This document shows, one piece after another, positions 1 to 10,440 of a stretch of DNA of 64,000 nucleotides (the stretch's first letter is position 1; the number at the start of each line of letters is the position of its first letter). The DNA lies in the NCBI GenBank assembly GCA_041666485.1, contig JBAYGW010000003.1:16415-80414 (forward strand), in the 5' to 3' direction. Both the position numbers and the translations under genes were made by a program. A model generated the notes under the pieces. It did no database searches. It was not told the origin of the DNA and saw nothing but the letters and a program-made list of their open reading frames with translations. Source of the DNA: Patescibacteria group bacterium. GTDB lineage: Bacteria > Patescibacteriota > Patescibacteriia > UM-FILTER-42-10.

Positions 1-134
1 ATTTCTATATTTAAATGATTCATTACTTATTTACCATTTTTCATTAATTCCTAGTATATTTGCATATTATACAAACATGCGCTAGTCTAATTATACTTAC
101 ATGCTTCAATTTAAGCAAAATATAATACTAAATT

Positions 135-614
135 ATGCCGACACTTCCTGTAGTTACAGAACCAAACCCAATATTAAGAAAAAAAGCGGAAACTATCAAT
201 AATCCGCTATCTTCAGCTGTTCAGGAACTGATCCCAAAACTGACTGAAACCATGATTCAGGAGGACGGGATTGGTATCGCCGCTCCGCAGGTCGGTGAAT
301 CAATTCAAATGATTATTATCAACCAAAAAGACAGCCCAATGGTGATGATTAATCCCAGGATAATCACAAAATCAATCCGCACTGAAATAGCTGAAGAAGG
401 ATGTCTGAGCGTGCCCGGAATATTCGGCATGGTCAAACGTTCTAAAAAAGTTAAAGTGAATGCGATAGATGGTTTGGGTAAACCTTTTACAATCAAGGCC
501 GAGGGTCTATTTGCCAGAGTAATACAGCATGAAATTGACCATTTAAATGGCATACTTTTTATAGACAAGATGGTGAAACAAACTCGGAACCCGGGGGACG
601 ATAATATTCTTTAG
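135..614 (+). CDS. def: peptide deformylase
   Basis: 159-aa ORF with the three PDF motifs GIGIAAPQVG, EGCLSVPG and QHEIDHLNG. Confidence 0.95.
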   Translation: MPTLPVVTEPNPILRKKAETINNPLSSAVQELIPKLTETMIQEDGIGIAAPQVGESIQMIIINQKDSPMVMINPRIITKSIRTEIAEEGCLSVPGIFGMVKRSKKVKVNAIDGLGKPFTIKAEGLFARVIQHEIDHLNGILFIDKMVKQTRNPGDDNIL

Positions 615-1117
615 CTGTTTTGTACAATTTTTTCTATAAACTCTTCTTTTAATTTCCGATACACTCTGCCGTCGCCTTTAGCCGTTTTCACGGCTTGTTT
701 TTTTATTTTTGAATATTCCATCACCGCTTCCGGATGATTTTTCAGGTAATCACGGAACAAAATAATCCGTCGCCATTCAACTCCCCCCATTTTCACAAGA
801 TGAATATGTACACGTCTGATTTTCTTCTTACTAACGTAATCTCTCCGAAAAAATATCCTACCCGGGACACTGGCAACAGCACGGTACTCATAGCCGATAT
901 TCTCCAGTTTCAATTTTACTTTATGCATGTCCTTTTGTTTAACACCAACAAGAATATCAACAATCCCCTTTCCTCCTAAACCACGGACGGACGTGCTTCC
1001 AATATGCTCCACAAGAGCTTTACTTCCTAATGCTTTTACAATTTTATTTTTTTCATAATTATAAAACCTATTGTAATCTGAGGTATATTTATTAAAAACG
1101 TATTTTTTCATTTCCAT
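611..1117 (-). CDS. GrpB family protein (nucleotidyltransferase-fold)
   Basis: 168-aa ORF; HIGSTSVRGLGGKGIVDILVGV matches the GrpB/UPF0157 signature. Confidence 0.7.
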   Translation of the reverse strand: MEMKKYVFNKYTSDYNRFYNYEKNKIVKALGSKALVEHIGSTSVRGLGGKGIVDILVGVKQKDMHKVKLKLENIGYEYRAVASVPGRIFFRRDYVSKKKIRRVHIHLVKMGGVEWRRIILFRDYLKNHPEAVMEYSKIKKQAVKTAKGDGRVYRKLKEEFIEKIVQNS

Positions 1118-1126
1118 TGATCTTGT

Positions 1127-1426
1127 TTATTTACTTTTATTGATAGTTTTATAAACTGTGATGATAAAATATGGCAGAACCAACATAAACATATATTCTT
1201 CAATCGGCAGATTGCCAATTTTTATTCCGGTTAAACCAGATGCGCTGTAATCAAAATACCAATGGTGACTATAAACGGCAAAGCTGTCCCATGCAACTCC
1301 TACGATTAGTAAAATTAATACTGTGGAAATTCTTTGTTTCCATGAATTATATAAACCAATTTTGTTTTTCCATTGTAGAAAAACACTAAATATCAATATG
1401 AACGTTAATATGATTAGATAGTCCAT
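1127..1426 (-). CDS. lycopene cyclase domain-containing membrane protein
   Basis: 99-aa, 3-TM ORF with the GNLPIEEYMF (PxEE) motif typical of small CrtY c/d-type domains. Confidence 0.6.
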   Translation of the reverse strand: MDYLIILTFILIFSVFLQWKNKIGLYNSWKQRISTVLILLIVGVAWDSFAVYSHHWYFDYSASGLTGIKIGNLPIEEYMFMLVLPYFIITVYKTINKSK

Positions 1427-1503
1427 AAATATGCTTTTATCAATGTAATCATATCACTTTTTTTGAAATGGATAAATATTTGTGGATAAAAAAAGAGCTC
1501 ATT

Positions 1504-1800
1504 TTAGACGCTCTTACTTGCGGTACTTATTTGGTGAGTACCGGTGTAAACACCATGCACGATCAATCCTACCCCGACCAAGATACCGACGACAACGCAG
1601 ATCCTCATGAGCAGTGGCATAGCGCGCCACTCGCCTCTCCAGTACGCAGCACATGCTGCTTCAAACGTCAGGACAGGCTGTTCTGACTCTGTCTTTGTGA
1701 GCGGTTCCGTCATGCGGTTCCCGTTCCCTTCTGTTGGACAGGCTAGTGTTTCGGGGCGAAGAAAATGAGCTTCAAAGAAGTATATCACCTCATTCCCCAT
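1504..1800 (-). CDS. hypothetical small membrane protein in a G+C-rich patch (alternative start at 1713)
   Basis: 98-aa ORF with a C-terminal hydrophobic helix (ICVVVGILVGVGLIV). The DNA is visibly G+C-richer than its flanks. No clear SD, and a weak hairpin+T-run overlaps the stop. Confidence 0.35.
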   Translation of the reverse strand: MGNEVIYFFEAHFLRPETLACPTEGNGNRMTEPLTKTESEQPVLTFEAACAAYWRGEWRAMPLLMRICVVVGILVGVGLIVHGVYTGTHQISTASKSV

Positions 1801-1818
1801 TTGTCAATACTAGGAATT

Positions 1819-2103
1819 TCAGCTGTAAATTATCACACCGATGACAACCATAATATTGATGATAAATGACACTATATTCGTAAAAATAATCGGCTTCTTT
1901 TTATGTAACTTCCCATAAATAACCCAAAGGATTGAGTTAAACGCGTAGGTAATCCAGGCAATTAGTGAAACACCGTCCGCGTTCTTATTCAGCCAAATCT
2001 TTATTACCTGCGACGAAGTCAATATTGGAATTGCGATGCCCATAATATACATAACCCGATCAAGTAACTGAACTCTGTCTCGCGCTTTTTTATCCATATC
2101 CAA
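1819..2103 (-). CDS. SemiSWEET/PQ-loop family small sugar transporter-like protein
   Basis: 94-aa ORF with three TM helices; size and topology fit bacterial SemiSWEET. Confidence 0.55.
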   Translation of the reverse strand: MDMDKKARDRVQLLDRVMYIMGIAIPILTSSQVIKIWLNKNADGVSLIAWITYAFNSILWVIYGKLHKKKPIIFTNIVSFIINIMVVIGVIIYS

Positions 2104-2197
2104 ATAGTCTCAATTCTAGCGGTTAATGTTATATTTCTTGAATATTCTTACTACATAAGTCATACTGTAAACACAGTATATCATTATATCTGCAATT

Positions 2198-3163
2198 ATG
2201 GTTAGTAAAAAAGACGAAGTAAATGACAGCAAATTCAGAGTGGCATTTTTCGGCACGCCGGATTTTGCCGTGCCGGCTTTACAGGCACTGCTCTCCATGC
2301 CGGAAATTTACGTGCTCGCCGCTGTTACCCAGCCCGATAAGCCGGCCGGAAGAAAACAGGAGCTGACGGCCCCGCCGATAAAAAAATTGGCGGAACAATA
2401 TAATCTGCCGGTCTGCCAGCCGGAACGGATAAAATCGGTAAAATTTGAACAGTGCTTACGAAATGTCAATCTAGATCTCGCGATCGTTGTGGCTTACGGC
2501 AAAATCATTCCGGAAAAAGTTCTGGACATACCAAAATACGGCTGGTTGAATATTCACGGATCTTTGTTGCCGAAATACCGCGGTGCTTCGCCGATTCAGG
2601 CAGCAATCTTAAATGATGAAAAAGAGACAGGAATTACGCTGATGAAAATTGATGCCGGTTTGGACACGGGAGCCATAATTAATCAAAAAACCATTCCGAT
2701 CATGAGTGGTGACAATTTTGAGTCACTGCATGACAAGCTTGCTCTGCTCGGAGCAGATATTTTAAAAAGTTCACTACTTGACTACTTAAACGGAAAACTG
2801 AAGCCGGTACCGCAGGACGATTTGAAAGCGACTAAAACGCTGATTATAAAAAAAGAAGACGGAAAAATTGATTGGTCAAAAGATGCGTCCGTAATTGCCA
2901 GACACATTAGGGCATATAATCCGTGGCCGGGTTCTTTTTGCAAGTATTACAATAAGACCCTGAAAATACACTCTGCGGAAATAGCTGACGCAAAAGTTCA
3001 ACTGAGTCCTGGTAAAATTTCATATATTGATAATTCCCTTGTAATCGGCTGCGGAAAGGGTAATTTGAAAGTAACTGAACTTCAATTGGAAGGTAAAAGA
3101 TTGCAAACAGCCAATGAATTTATTAATGGTATTCCAGATTTTAGAAATGCTCAGCTTGCTTAA
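2198..3163 (+). CDS. fmt: methionyl-tRNA formyltransferase
   Basis: 321-aa ORF; FFGTPDFAVP N-terminus and HGSLLPKYRGASPIQ catalytic motif. Confidence 0.95.
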   Translation: MVSKKDEVNDSKFRVAFFGTPDFAVPALQALLSMPEIYVLAAVTQPDKPAGRKQELTAPPIKKLAEQYNLPVCQPERIKSVKFEQCLRNVNLDLAIVVAYGKIIPEKVLDIPKYGWLNIHGSLLPKYRGASPIQAAILNDEKETGITLMKIDAGLDTGAIINQKTIPIMSGDNFESLHDKLALLGADILKSSLLDYLNGKLKPVPQDDLKATKTLIIKKEDGKIDWSKDASVIARHIRAYNPWPGSFCKYYNKTLKIHSAEIADAKVQLSPGKISYIDNSLVIGCGKGNLKVTELQLEGKRLQTANEFINGIPDFRNAQLA

Positions 3164-3328
3164 CCAAGCACAAGCTAAATAAAAAAATTGGCTCCTGCCA
3201 AGAACCCCACGCCTCATCCATTATAAATGTGTAGAGCAATCTCTACAGCTACATTCATTAGAAATGCCGTCCTTGAATTAATTTCTTTTTTTTATTTCCC
3301 CTAATTCCTGACCCCTAACTCCTATACC

Positions 3329-4819
3329 CTATTTCCTAATTTTCTCCGTCACATTAAATCCCATGTATTTACCCAGCATCAGCCGGGTCTGAGCATCAAT
3401 CGCTGGAATTGATCCGAAAAAGATCATTGTTACCGGAAAGAGTACCCATTGTAACAGCATTTCAACAAATTTAATCTTATGTTTTTGCTCGGGCCTTTTA
3501 GGCAGCAATGTCGTACTGAAAACTGCCATCAAAATCAGGCCGATCATTGCCGCGCTCATCAGCCACTCCAATACATAAGGCGCGGTTTGTGCGGCGATTG
3601 ATGAAGACTCCTGGTATCTGGCAACCGCAAGCGGTAGTCTACCTAAGATAAATATCAAAATCGGAGCTGTGGCCCAGGAATAATGTCCCTCCGCCATGTT
3701 CCACACGTAGTGAAATTTTTGTCGCCATTTAATTTTCTTATTTTTTTTGAAAAACCAAAGCATATACGGAAAATGCTCAATACCGTATGCCCAGCGCCTT
3801 TGCTGTTTATATTGATTTTTTAAACTTTGCCACAGGGTGCTGCCCATAACCGTATCCATGGAAACCGGTATGTACATAGGCGTCACAGTATAATCTCCGT
3901 CATATTCCAGAAAACACTGCAGAAATATTCTGGAATCCTCAGTGACAATATCGTTCTGCCAGAAATCAATATCCACCAGTGCGCGGAAACTCATACTGTG
4001 TGATGAAAATGTAAATAATCTTTCCGGCCGTAACTGTTCGGTCATCAACCAGAATGTCGTGCCATTTGCCACCACCCGCATCAGTGCCGGCGAATCCCAG
4101 ATATTATTATTGAACAGAGGCACGGGCTGGAAACTGGTTTTGGTCGGATTCGGATGGTTAAGATACATGTTCGTCAAATACGCAAAATATTCGCTGTGCA
4201 CGCATGTATCAACATCAAACGAGGATACGATAACGTTTTCGTACGGAATATTTTGGCTGTCAATATATTCCTTTGTTTTTCTACCAGCCCAGGCGATATT
4301 TGAACCTTTCCCGGGCATTTCTCCCGGAATATTCGCCGGGTGTTCCACCACCAGCAGTTTATGAAACTTATCACCGAATTCTCTTTGCATAATTTCCGCA
4401 ATACCGCTCGCTCTTTCCCTATCCCGCTCCTCAATCGCAAACGTAACAATAAATTTGTCCTTCGGATAATTGGAATTTACTAAGCTCTGGAATGTTGATC
4501 TTATTACTTCAATCGGCTCTTTATATGTCGGCAACATAATAAAATGATACATGTCCTGCCAACGGGAATTTTTCCTGCATTCTTCCAACCAATTTACCTT
4601 GATCGCTCTTTTGAAACGGCGATACGAGATGATCATATACAACTGTAAATACAGTATGCGCATCAGCCACAGTAGATCAAAGACAATAATAAAATATATC
4701 ACCCAGATCGGCTGGAAAAATGACAGTGAAATTGCGGCAATAAAAGTAGTCCAGGTCAGCGCACCCGGGATTATTTCCAGAATTCTATATTTACGATAAT
4801 CAGACAGTTTATTAAACAT
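3329..4819 (-). CDS. membrane-bound family 2 glycosyltransferase (processive synthase-like)
   Basis: 496-aa ORF with N- and C-terminal TM helices, an FDVD (DxD) motif and a QQRRW (QxxRW) motif. Confidence 0.75.
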   Translation of the reverse strand: MFNKLSDYRKYRILEIIPGALTWTTFIAAISLSFFQPIWVIYFIIVFDLLWLMRILYLQLYMIISYRRFKRAIKVNWLEECRKNSRWQDMYHFIMLPTYKEPIEVIRSTFQSLVNSNYPKDKFIVTFAIEERDRERASGIAEIMQREFGDKFHKLLVVEHPANIPGEMPGKGSNIAWAGRKTKEYIDSQNIPYENVIVSSFDVDTCVHSEYFAYLTNMYLNHPNPTKTSFQPVPLFNNNIWDSPALMRVVANGTTFWLMTEQLRPERLFTFSSHSMSFRALVDIDFWQNDIVTEDSRIFLQCFLEYDGDYTVTPMYIPVSMDTVMGSTLWQSLKNQYKQQRRWAYGIEHFPYMLWFFKKNKKIKWRQKFHYVWNMAEGHYSWATAPILIFILGRLPLAVARYQESSSIAAQTAPYVLEWLMSAAMIGLILMAVFSTTLLPKRPEQKHKIKFVEMLLQWVLFPVTMIFFGSIPAIDAQTRLMLGKYMGFNVTEKIRK

Positions 4820-5678
4820 ATAGTTTTTGGCATTTAGGACAAAAGGTTGTACCGCGGTTACTCACTTTGGTCCTGGACAGTTTAGTGTCACAGCGGAAAC
4901 AATTTTGTCCGCTACGCTTATATACTTTTCTCACGTTCTGGTAATTACCTTTTCTACCGAGCGCATCACGGTAATCTGATATGGATGTACCACGATACTT
5001 TACCGCCTTTTTCAGTATTTTAACAATAGCTGAATGGATGGCTTTGCTTTGTCTTACATTCAGACTGTCCGTTTTCTGTTTAGGATTGATCTTCGCTTCC
5101 CATAAAATCTCATCTGCATATATATTCCCGATTCCTGATACAAAATGCTGATCCAGTAAAATAGATTTAATAAAACCTTTTTTATTTTGGAGCCTTGATT
5201 TAAATACACTGTATGTAAACTCACGACTCAGCGGTTCCGGACCGAGTTTTTTCAGCCGCGGCATATCATTCTCTTCACTTGTTTTAAAAAGCTTAATCTC
5301 GCCAAATCTCCTCACATCCGAAAAAGCCAGCTCTTTATTATCATCCAAATAAAAGCGGGTGCGTATAAACTGATTAAAGGAATCGTAAAATGGACTGTCT
5401 TTTCCCTCTTTATTCTTCCAGTCATGATCACGATAAAGCAAATGACCGGTCATTTTTAAATGAATAAGTAATGTTTGATTACCTGTCAGATCAATCAGAA
5501 TATTTTTTGCCCGCCTTCTAACACCGGTCACTTTCCTGCCGACAATACCTTTCCTGACTTTCAAAACAGAAGGATGAAAGCTCTTCGGCCAATCAGTCCA
5601 AATCTTTTGAACAGTATGTCCTTTCAATTTTACATTTAAATCAGAAACAATTGTTTGTACTTCGGGCAGCTCCGGCAT
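4812..5678 (-). CDS. mutM: formamidopyrimidine-DNA glycosylase
   Basis: Starts MPELPEV and has a C-terminal CxxC...CxxC zinc finger (CFRCDTKL...FCPKCQ). Confidence 0.9.
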   Translation of the reverse strand: MPELPEVQTIVSDLNVKLKGHTVQKIWTDWPKSFHPSVLKVRKGIVGRKVTGVRRRAKNILIDLTGNQTLLIHLKMTGHLLYRDHDWKNKEGKDSPFYDSFNQFIRTRFYLDDNKELAFSDVRRFGEIKLFKTSEENDMPRLKKLGPEPLSREFTYSVFKSRLQNKKGFIKSILLDQHFVSGIGNIYADEILWEAKINPKQKTDSLNVRQSKAIHSAIVKILKKAVKYRGTSISDYRDALGRKGNYQNVRKVYKRSGQNCFRCDTKLSRTKVSNRGTTFCPKCQKLYV

Positions 5679-5679
5679 A

Positions 5680-6021
5680 TTATATTATAATAGTTGATTG
5701 ATAATACTTCTCCTGAAAATTTATCTGCTTCCTTATTTCATCAACGCTGTATTTATTATTGTCAGCAACCACTAGTTTAAATTCATCATCATCTTTTCTT
5801 TCCACAAACGCGATAACAACACCTACATATTCATTAACGGGATTGTTGACACCCACCACATAAGCATCAACCGGCTCTCCGTCTCCCGCCATTGTTCCGG
5901 GGATATATCCGTAATTTATTTTGTATTTGGATTCCGGAAAATCAGGATGGCACGAACCAATTGGCCGGTCAATAATTACTTTCACTTTTTTACCTAACCA
6001 TTTTTTTGAGTCTTGATTCAT
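5680..6021 (-). CDS. small inorganic pyrophosphatase-like protein
   Basis: YGYIPGTMAGDGEPVDAYVVG resembles the family I PPase DGDPxD region. Start chosen at MNQDSKKW; the ORF is open to 6078. Confidence 0.55.
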   Translation of the reverse strand: MNQDSKKWLGKKVKVIIDRPIGSCHPDFPESKYKINYGYIPGTMAGDGEPVDAYVVGVNNPVNEYVGVVIAFVERKDDDEFKLVVADNNKYSVDEIRKQINFQEKYYQSTIII

Positions 6022-6130
6022 TGGATTACAGCAATTATACCCTACCCAAGCCATAAAATAAAGAACCGAATTAACCAAAAAGACCCCGCGATTGCGGGAT
6101 CCTTTTTCCTCCTTAGCAATTTCAAATTTA

Positions 6131-6412
6131 TTAGAGAATTGCGTCTTTTGCTGCTTTGGCGACTCTGAACTTCAGCACTGTTTTGGCTTTGATCTGAATC
6201 TGTTCGCCCGTGGCTGGGTTTCGGCCCATGCGAGCTTCACGGTGCTTTTTGATCATCTTTCCCAAACCCGGGAGAGTGATTTCACCGCTTGATTTACATT
6301 CTTTGTAAACCAATTCGTTTAGGTTTTCCATGAAGGAAACAACCTCTTTTTTTTGAAGACCGGTTTTTTCAACCAGCGCTCCAATGAATTGAGACTTGGT
6401 CATTGATGCCAT
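6131..6412 (-). CDS. hup: HU family DNA-binding protein
   Basis: 93-aa ORF; the [14 protein letters not shown] arm motif and length are typical of HU/IHF. Confidence 0.9.
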   Translation of the reverse strand: MASMTKSQFIGALVEKTGLQKKEVVSFMENLNELVYKECKSSGEITLPGLGKMIKKHREARMGRNPATGEQIQIKAKTVLKFRVAKAAKDAIL

Positions 6413-6670
6413 AGTATTCTCTTTTCTTACTTAATTAGTTATTCACATGTTAATGATTACATGCGTAGTATATACTATTTTGCAATATTTGCATAGATTC
6501 CCCTTTGTTTATAAGTATTTTTTACATACGAAGATATTCGGATCGCAATATTAATTTATAAAAAATGCATAATTATTGGCTAATATAAGCCATTTTCTAT
6601 TACTAAATAAAATGTCGCAAAAGCAACAAACTAATCAGATAAAAACTATTATATCGCCTGATAAAATGGT

Positions 6671-8161
6671 ATGATTGTTATTATGAAAAGACAATCCGGA
6701 ATATTATTACACATCACATCACTGCCCAGTCCGTATGGCATTGGTGATTTGGGAGAAGAAGCATTTAGATTTATTGATTTCTTAAGCAAGTCCGGACAGA
6801 GTATTTGGCAAATTCTTCCATTAACCATACCGGACTCTATCGGTTCACCATACGCGTCTTCATCTGCGTTTGCCGGAAACTGGCTACTAATTAGTCCTGA
6901 TGAATTATTAAAAGCCGGATTGCTGCACAAAAAGTCACTTCCCAAAACAAAGCGAGTCACAGCGATCAAATATTCAAAAGTATTCCAAGAGCGACGAAAA
7001 CTCGTTGAAAAATCATATGAGTATTTCCGCAAACATGCTTCACGTGAACAGAGTAACAGCTTTAATCATTTTATCCAATATCATTCAAAATGGCTCAACG
7101 ATTTCGGGCTGTTTATGGCGCTTAAAGATCACTTCAAGGGTGCGCGATGGTTTAATTGGCCTGAGGATATTGCCAACAGAGAAGAACAAGCCATCAAATA
7201 CTGGCAAAAAAAACTTGATCGCCAAATAAAAGTATATCAATACGGACAATGGATATTTTTTTCTCAGTATGCGAAAATTAAAAAATACGCGAATAAAAAA
7301 GGTATCCGCATTTTTGGCGATATTCCATTCTTTATTATTCACGACAGTGTAAATGTTTGGGTTGATCGGGATTTGTTTTTGCTGGACGATAAATACCAAC
7401 CCCTGGCCAAATCGGGTGTGCCACCGGATTATTTCAGCAAACGTGGACAGTTGTGGGGTGACCCGCAGTACAACTGGGAAAAAATGAAGAAAAATAATTT
7501 CCGTTGGTTTATCAGAAGAATAAAAAAAGCGGAAAACTTTTATGATGATGTTCGTTTAGACCATTTTAGAGGCTATTCAGCAGTATGGCATGTTGATCCA
7601 AAATCCAAAACATCTAAAAATGGCAAATGGGTCCCTGTACCCGGAATTGAAATCTTCAGAGAAGTAAAAAGCAAATTCAAAAATCTTTCTATCATTGCGG
7701 AAGATCTTGGATATATAACTCACGATGTAGTTGAATTGAAAAGGCATTATAAATTTCCGGGTATGCGCGTAATGCAGTTTGGTTTTAGTGGAAAACAGAA
7801 TAATTTTCATCTACCCACGAATTTTTCAACCGATTGCGTCGCTTATACCGGCACTCATGATAACGACACAACCTATGGCTGGATTACGAAATCCGGTAAA
7901 ACGTCGCAAAAGAAATTTGCGCTAAAATATGCGAAAACTGACAAAAAGCATTTTGCCTGGAAGCTTATTGAAATAGGTATGCGCTCAAGAGCCTGTTGGT
8001 TCGTCTTCCCTATTCAGGACGCTCTAAATCTCGGATCAGAGGCCCGCATGAACAAACCGTCAACCAAAAAGAAAAACTGGCAATGGCGTATGAAAAAAAA
8101 CGCATTATCGGACGAATTGGCAATTAAGATAAACAATCTTACCAGATCTGCCAGAAGATAA
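6671..8161 (+). CDS. malQ: 4-alpha-glucanotransferase (amylomaltase)
   Basis: 496-aa ORF; GILLHITSLPSPYGIGDLG N-terminus and the GDIPFF and DHFRG motifs of GH77. Confidence 0.9.
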   Translation: MIVIMKRQSGILLHITSLPSPYGIGDLGEEAFRFIDFLSKSGQSIWQILPLTIPDSIGSPYASSSAFAGNWLLISPDELLKAGLLHKKSLPKTKRVTAIKYSKVFQERRKLVEKSYEYFRKHASREQSNSFNHFIQYHSKWLNDFGLFMALKDHFKGARWFNWPEDIANREEQAIKYWQKKLDRQIKVYQYGQWIFFSQYAKIKKYANKKGIRIFGDIPFFIIHDSVNVWVDRDLFLLDDKYQPLAKSGVPPDYFSKRGQLWGDPQYNWEKMKKNNFRWFIRRIKKAENFYDDVRLDHFRGYSAVWHVDPKSKTSKNGKWVPVPGIEIFREVKSKFKNLSIIAEDLGYITHDVVELKRHYKFPGMRVMQFGFSGKQNNFHLPTNFSTDCVAYTGTHDNDTTYGWITKSGKTSQKKFALKYAKTDKKHFAWKLIEIGMRSRACWFVFPIQDALNLGSEARMNKPSTKKKNWQWRMKKNALSDELAIKINNLTRSARR

Positions 8162-8168
8162 TAATTCT

Positions 8169-8206
8169 AAAAACGTTCCGGCTTGAAATAAGCGCCGGGG
8201 CGTTTT
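8169..8206 (+). terminator. putative intrinsic terminator after malQ
   Basis: CCGGC...GCCGG hairpin followed by GCGTTTTT. Confidence 0.5.
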
Positions 8207-8321
8207 TGATTATTCCAGAATCAGATTTCCGACCATGCCCATTTGCCGGTGATTTTGTATACCGCAATAATATTCAAAAATTCCGGTTTTATCCGCTATA
8301 AACTCCACTTAATATTAATAA

Positions 8322-8516
8322 TTAGCCGACCTTTTCCCATGTGGCATCATCGGCAACTTCATCAATGTCTACTTTTTTCTGGGGAATCAGGCACGAAACA
8401 CATTCGGGAAATTTTTCGCCTTTTTCCAATTTTGACTTATAGCCGCACGGCATACATAAATATTCTCCCGTCTCCGGAGCTTTATCACCGGCGTAATAGT
8501 ACTTTTTAATAGGCAT
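8322..8516 (-). CDS. small zinc-ribbon / rubredoxin-like protein
   Basis: 64-aa ORF with CMPC...CVSC cysteine pairs. A strong AGGAGGAGG SD precedes the ATG. Confidence 0.5.
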   Translation of the reverse strand: MPIKKYYYAGDKAPETGEYLCMPCGYKSKLEKGEKFPECVSCLIPQKKVDIDEVADDATWEKVG

Positions 8517-8531
8517 ACCTCCTCCTAATTG

Positions 8532-9098
8532 TTAAGAAGTAATATTTTCTCTGCCCCATTTAAGGGTTTTTGTCATCCAGATTAATTCTGTTAAAAAAGT
8601 ATCAATTCTTACATCGTATGATTCATCTAAAACGTTACCATCATCGTCAAAAAGTGTATCAACCTTTGAGAAGTTCAAGTCAGTCTTAATCATTGATAAT
8701 TGCAGGGCCTTCATAACAGATGCCAAACTTTCAACTGCCCTTGCCCCGCCAAAACCACCGTCTGAAACACTGCATAAGCCCACCGATTTATGCCGGTATT
8801 CCGGTAACAGCATATCCAGGGCCATTTTTAAACTACCCGGGAAACTGTGATTATACTCGGGTGATACAATAATCAAACCGTCCGCTTTTTCTACTAATTC
8901 TTTAAAATCAGAATTTTTTTTACCCAGACCGCGCCCTTCATTACCCGCAAAATTTAATTTTTTTACATCAATGATTTGCGTTACAATCCCCGGTTTCTCC
9001 CTGACTCTTTTTTCCAAATATTTCGCGACTTTTTCACTTTCGCGTCCTTCTCTGGTTGTACCAAGAATAATCGGCAAATATAGAGCATCTTCTGACAT
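8532..9098 (-). CDS. NAD(P)H-dependent FMN reductase family oxidoreductase
   Basis: 188-aa flavodoxin-like ORF; LGTTREGR and SPEYNHSFPG motifs. Confidence 0.8.
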   Translation of the reverse strand: MSEDALYLPIILGTTREGRESEKVAKYLEKRVREKPGIVTQIIDVKKLNFAGNEGRGLGKKNSDFKELVEKADGLIIVSPEYNHSFPGSLKMALDMLLPEYRHKSVGLCSVSDGGFGGARAVESLASVMKALQLSMIKTDLNFSKVDTLFDDDGNVLDESYDVRIDTFLTELIWMTKTLKWGRENITS

Positions 9099-9115
9099 AT
9101 AATTATAATTAATTA

Positions 9116-9814
9116 TTAAATATATTGTTGTGGATCAATCCAATTATTCAGTTCTGCTTCTGTCTGGACATATCCTTTGATATTAATTTCAGTTCCTTTA
9201 TGTATCCCGAAATGCAGATGCTTTCTTTCCCCGTCTGTTTCCGCGCTTTTGTCCGCACCCAGTAACCCTATTATATCCCCTTTTTTGATATTTGATCCAA
9301 CTTCAAATTTTACACTAGCTATCATTAAATGACCGTAAATTACAGTAACTCTCTGACCATTCAAATCACATTCCTGGACAATCACTCCCCCATAACCGCT
9401 TGCGGTAGTTTTCATTCTAAGCGATCCGGTACAAAAAGACTTAACCTCCACATCACTGTTTAGTTCGTCAGCAAATACCTCAAAGTCAGCTCCGGTATGA
9501 TATCCGGAAAATCTCTCCGGCTGTACCGGCGAATTAGTCTTCGTTATTTTAATACCGAATGGTTTTTTTATAATTCTTTCTTTTGGTTGATCCAAAGGAC
9601 TCTGATAACCCTCATTACTTACCTGATTATTTAAATTTTGGTTTAAATCGGCATTTGCAATGTTTGTAATTTCGGAATTTACCAATACACTATTATTTAA
9701 AATTGTACTGTTACCAATGTTCTGGTTTTTCTTAATCTGTAAAAAAACAAACACACCAAAAAATATAAACATTATCAGCAAACCATAGAGAACCCTTTTG
9801 AATCCTTTACCCAT
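9116..9814 (-). CDS. M23 family metallopeptidase (membrane-anchored)
   Basis: N-terminal TM helix; HTGADF and HLHFGIH metal-binding motifs. Confidence 0.85.
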   Translation of the reverse strand: MGKGFKRVLYGLLIMFIFFGVFVFLQIKKNQNIGNSTILNNSVLVNSEITNIANADLNQNLNNQVSNEGYQSPLDQPKERIIKKPFGIKITKTNSPVQPERFSGYHTGADFEVFADELNSDVEVKSFCTGSLRMKTTASGYGGVIVQECDLNGQRVTVIYGHLMIASVKFEVGSNIKKGDIIGLLGADKSAETDGERKHLHFGIHKGTEINIKGYVQTEAELNNWIDPQQYI

Positions 9815-9841
9815 TATCTTCTTATTAATATATTATTAAGT

Positions 9842-9873
9842 AAAACTCCCACCAAATAAATGGAGGGAGTTTT
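9842..9873 (-). terminator. hairpin terminator downstream of the ArsR-family gene
   Basis: AAAACTCCC...GGGAGTTTT 9-bp inverted repeat flanked by A/T runs. Confidence 0.6.
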
Positions 9874-9956
9874 ATCAATTCGGTTAGCAACCGCAATCAG
9901 GACCTGATGTCATTTTATTTACCTTTCATGTTTGCCTGCTTAAAATACAGGCTTAA

Positions 9957-10307
9957 TTAATGAATATGTTGATCTAAATGATTATCCAGCATTTCAACCT
10001 GTTCTTTGTCACTGATCTCAAGCATATAGCAAACGCACTTGCCCATTTTATACTTAGTTACAATCCGGGAGCGCTCTAGCATACTTAGCTGGTGCGACAC
10101 TGCGCTGATACTGATACCGAGCACAGCAGCGATATCTGAAACACAGATCTCTTCATAATGTTTTAATAACAGCAATATTTTTATCCTGGTCGGATCAGAC
10201 AAAACATTGCATAGATCACTTTGGATTTTTATGTGTTTACCGTTTCTTTTCAGCCAATTCTGATTTTTTAATATTTGCTTTTGCGTTAACATACTACGTT
10301 TTATCAT
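9957..10307 (-). CDS. ArsR/SmtB family transcriptional regulator
   Basis: LSDPTRIKILLLL and CVSDIAAVLGISISAVSHQL wHTH motifs. Confidence 0.9.
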   Translation of the reverse strand: MIKRSMLTQKQILKNQNWLKRNGKHIKIQSDLCNVLSDPTRIKILLLLKHYEEICVSDIAAVLGISISAVSHQLSMLERSRIVTKYKMGKCVCYMLEISDKEQVEMLDNHLDQHIH

Positions 10308-10440
10308 TTGCTCAAGTGTCTTAATGATATAGCAATTTGTTACCGCCTGTCAAGTCGGGTCACAACTCCTCATAAAGCCAATCTTGACAATAACGTACTT
10401 TTGTATTACTTTCTTTGTATGTTGATCTTTGAAACAACGA

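Noticed and set aside
305-568. Numerous 60-200-aa antisense or nested ORFs inside well-supported genes (for example 305-568, 3942-4364, 17106-17495, 40847-41470, 49007-49648, 52659-53153)
   Set aside because: Each lies wholly within a longer ORF that has clear family motifs, and none has its own start context.
3290-3328. CCCTAA-like units (CCCCTAATTCC, CCCCTAACTCC, CCCTATTTCC), seen again at 40594-40710 (AACCCTAATCCC, AAACCCTAAAAA)
   Set aside because: They are short, degenerate and in functionally inconsistent contexts: a convergent gene-end spacer versus a divergent promoter region. There is too little evidence for a defined element.
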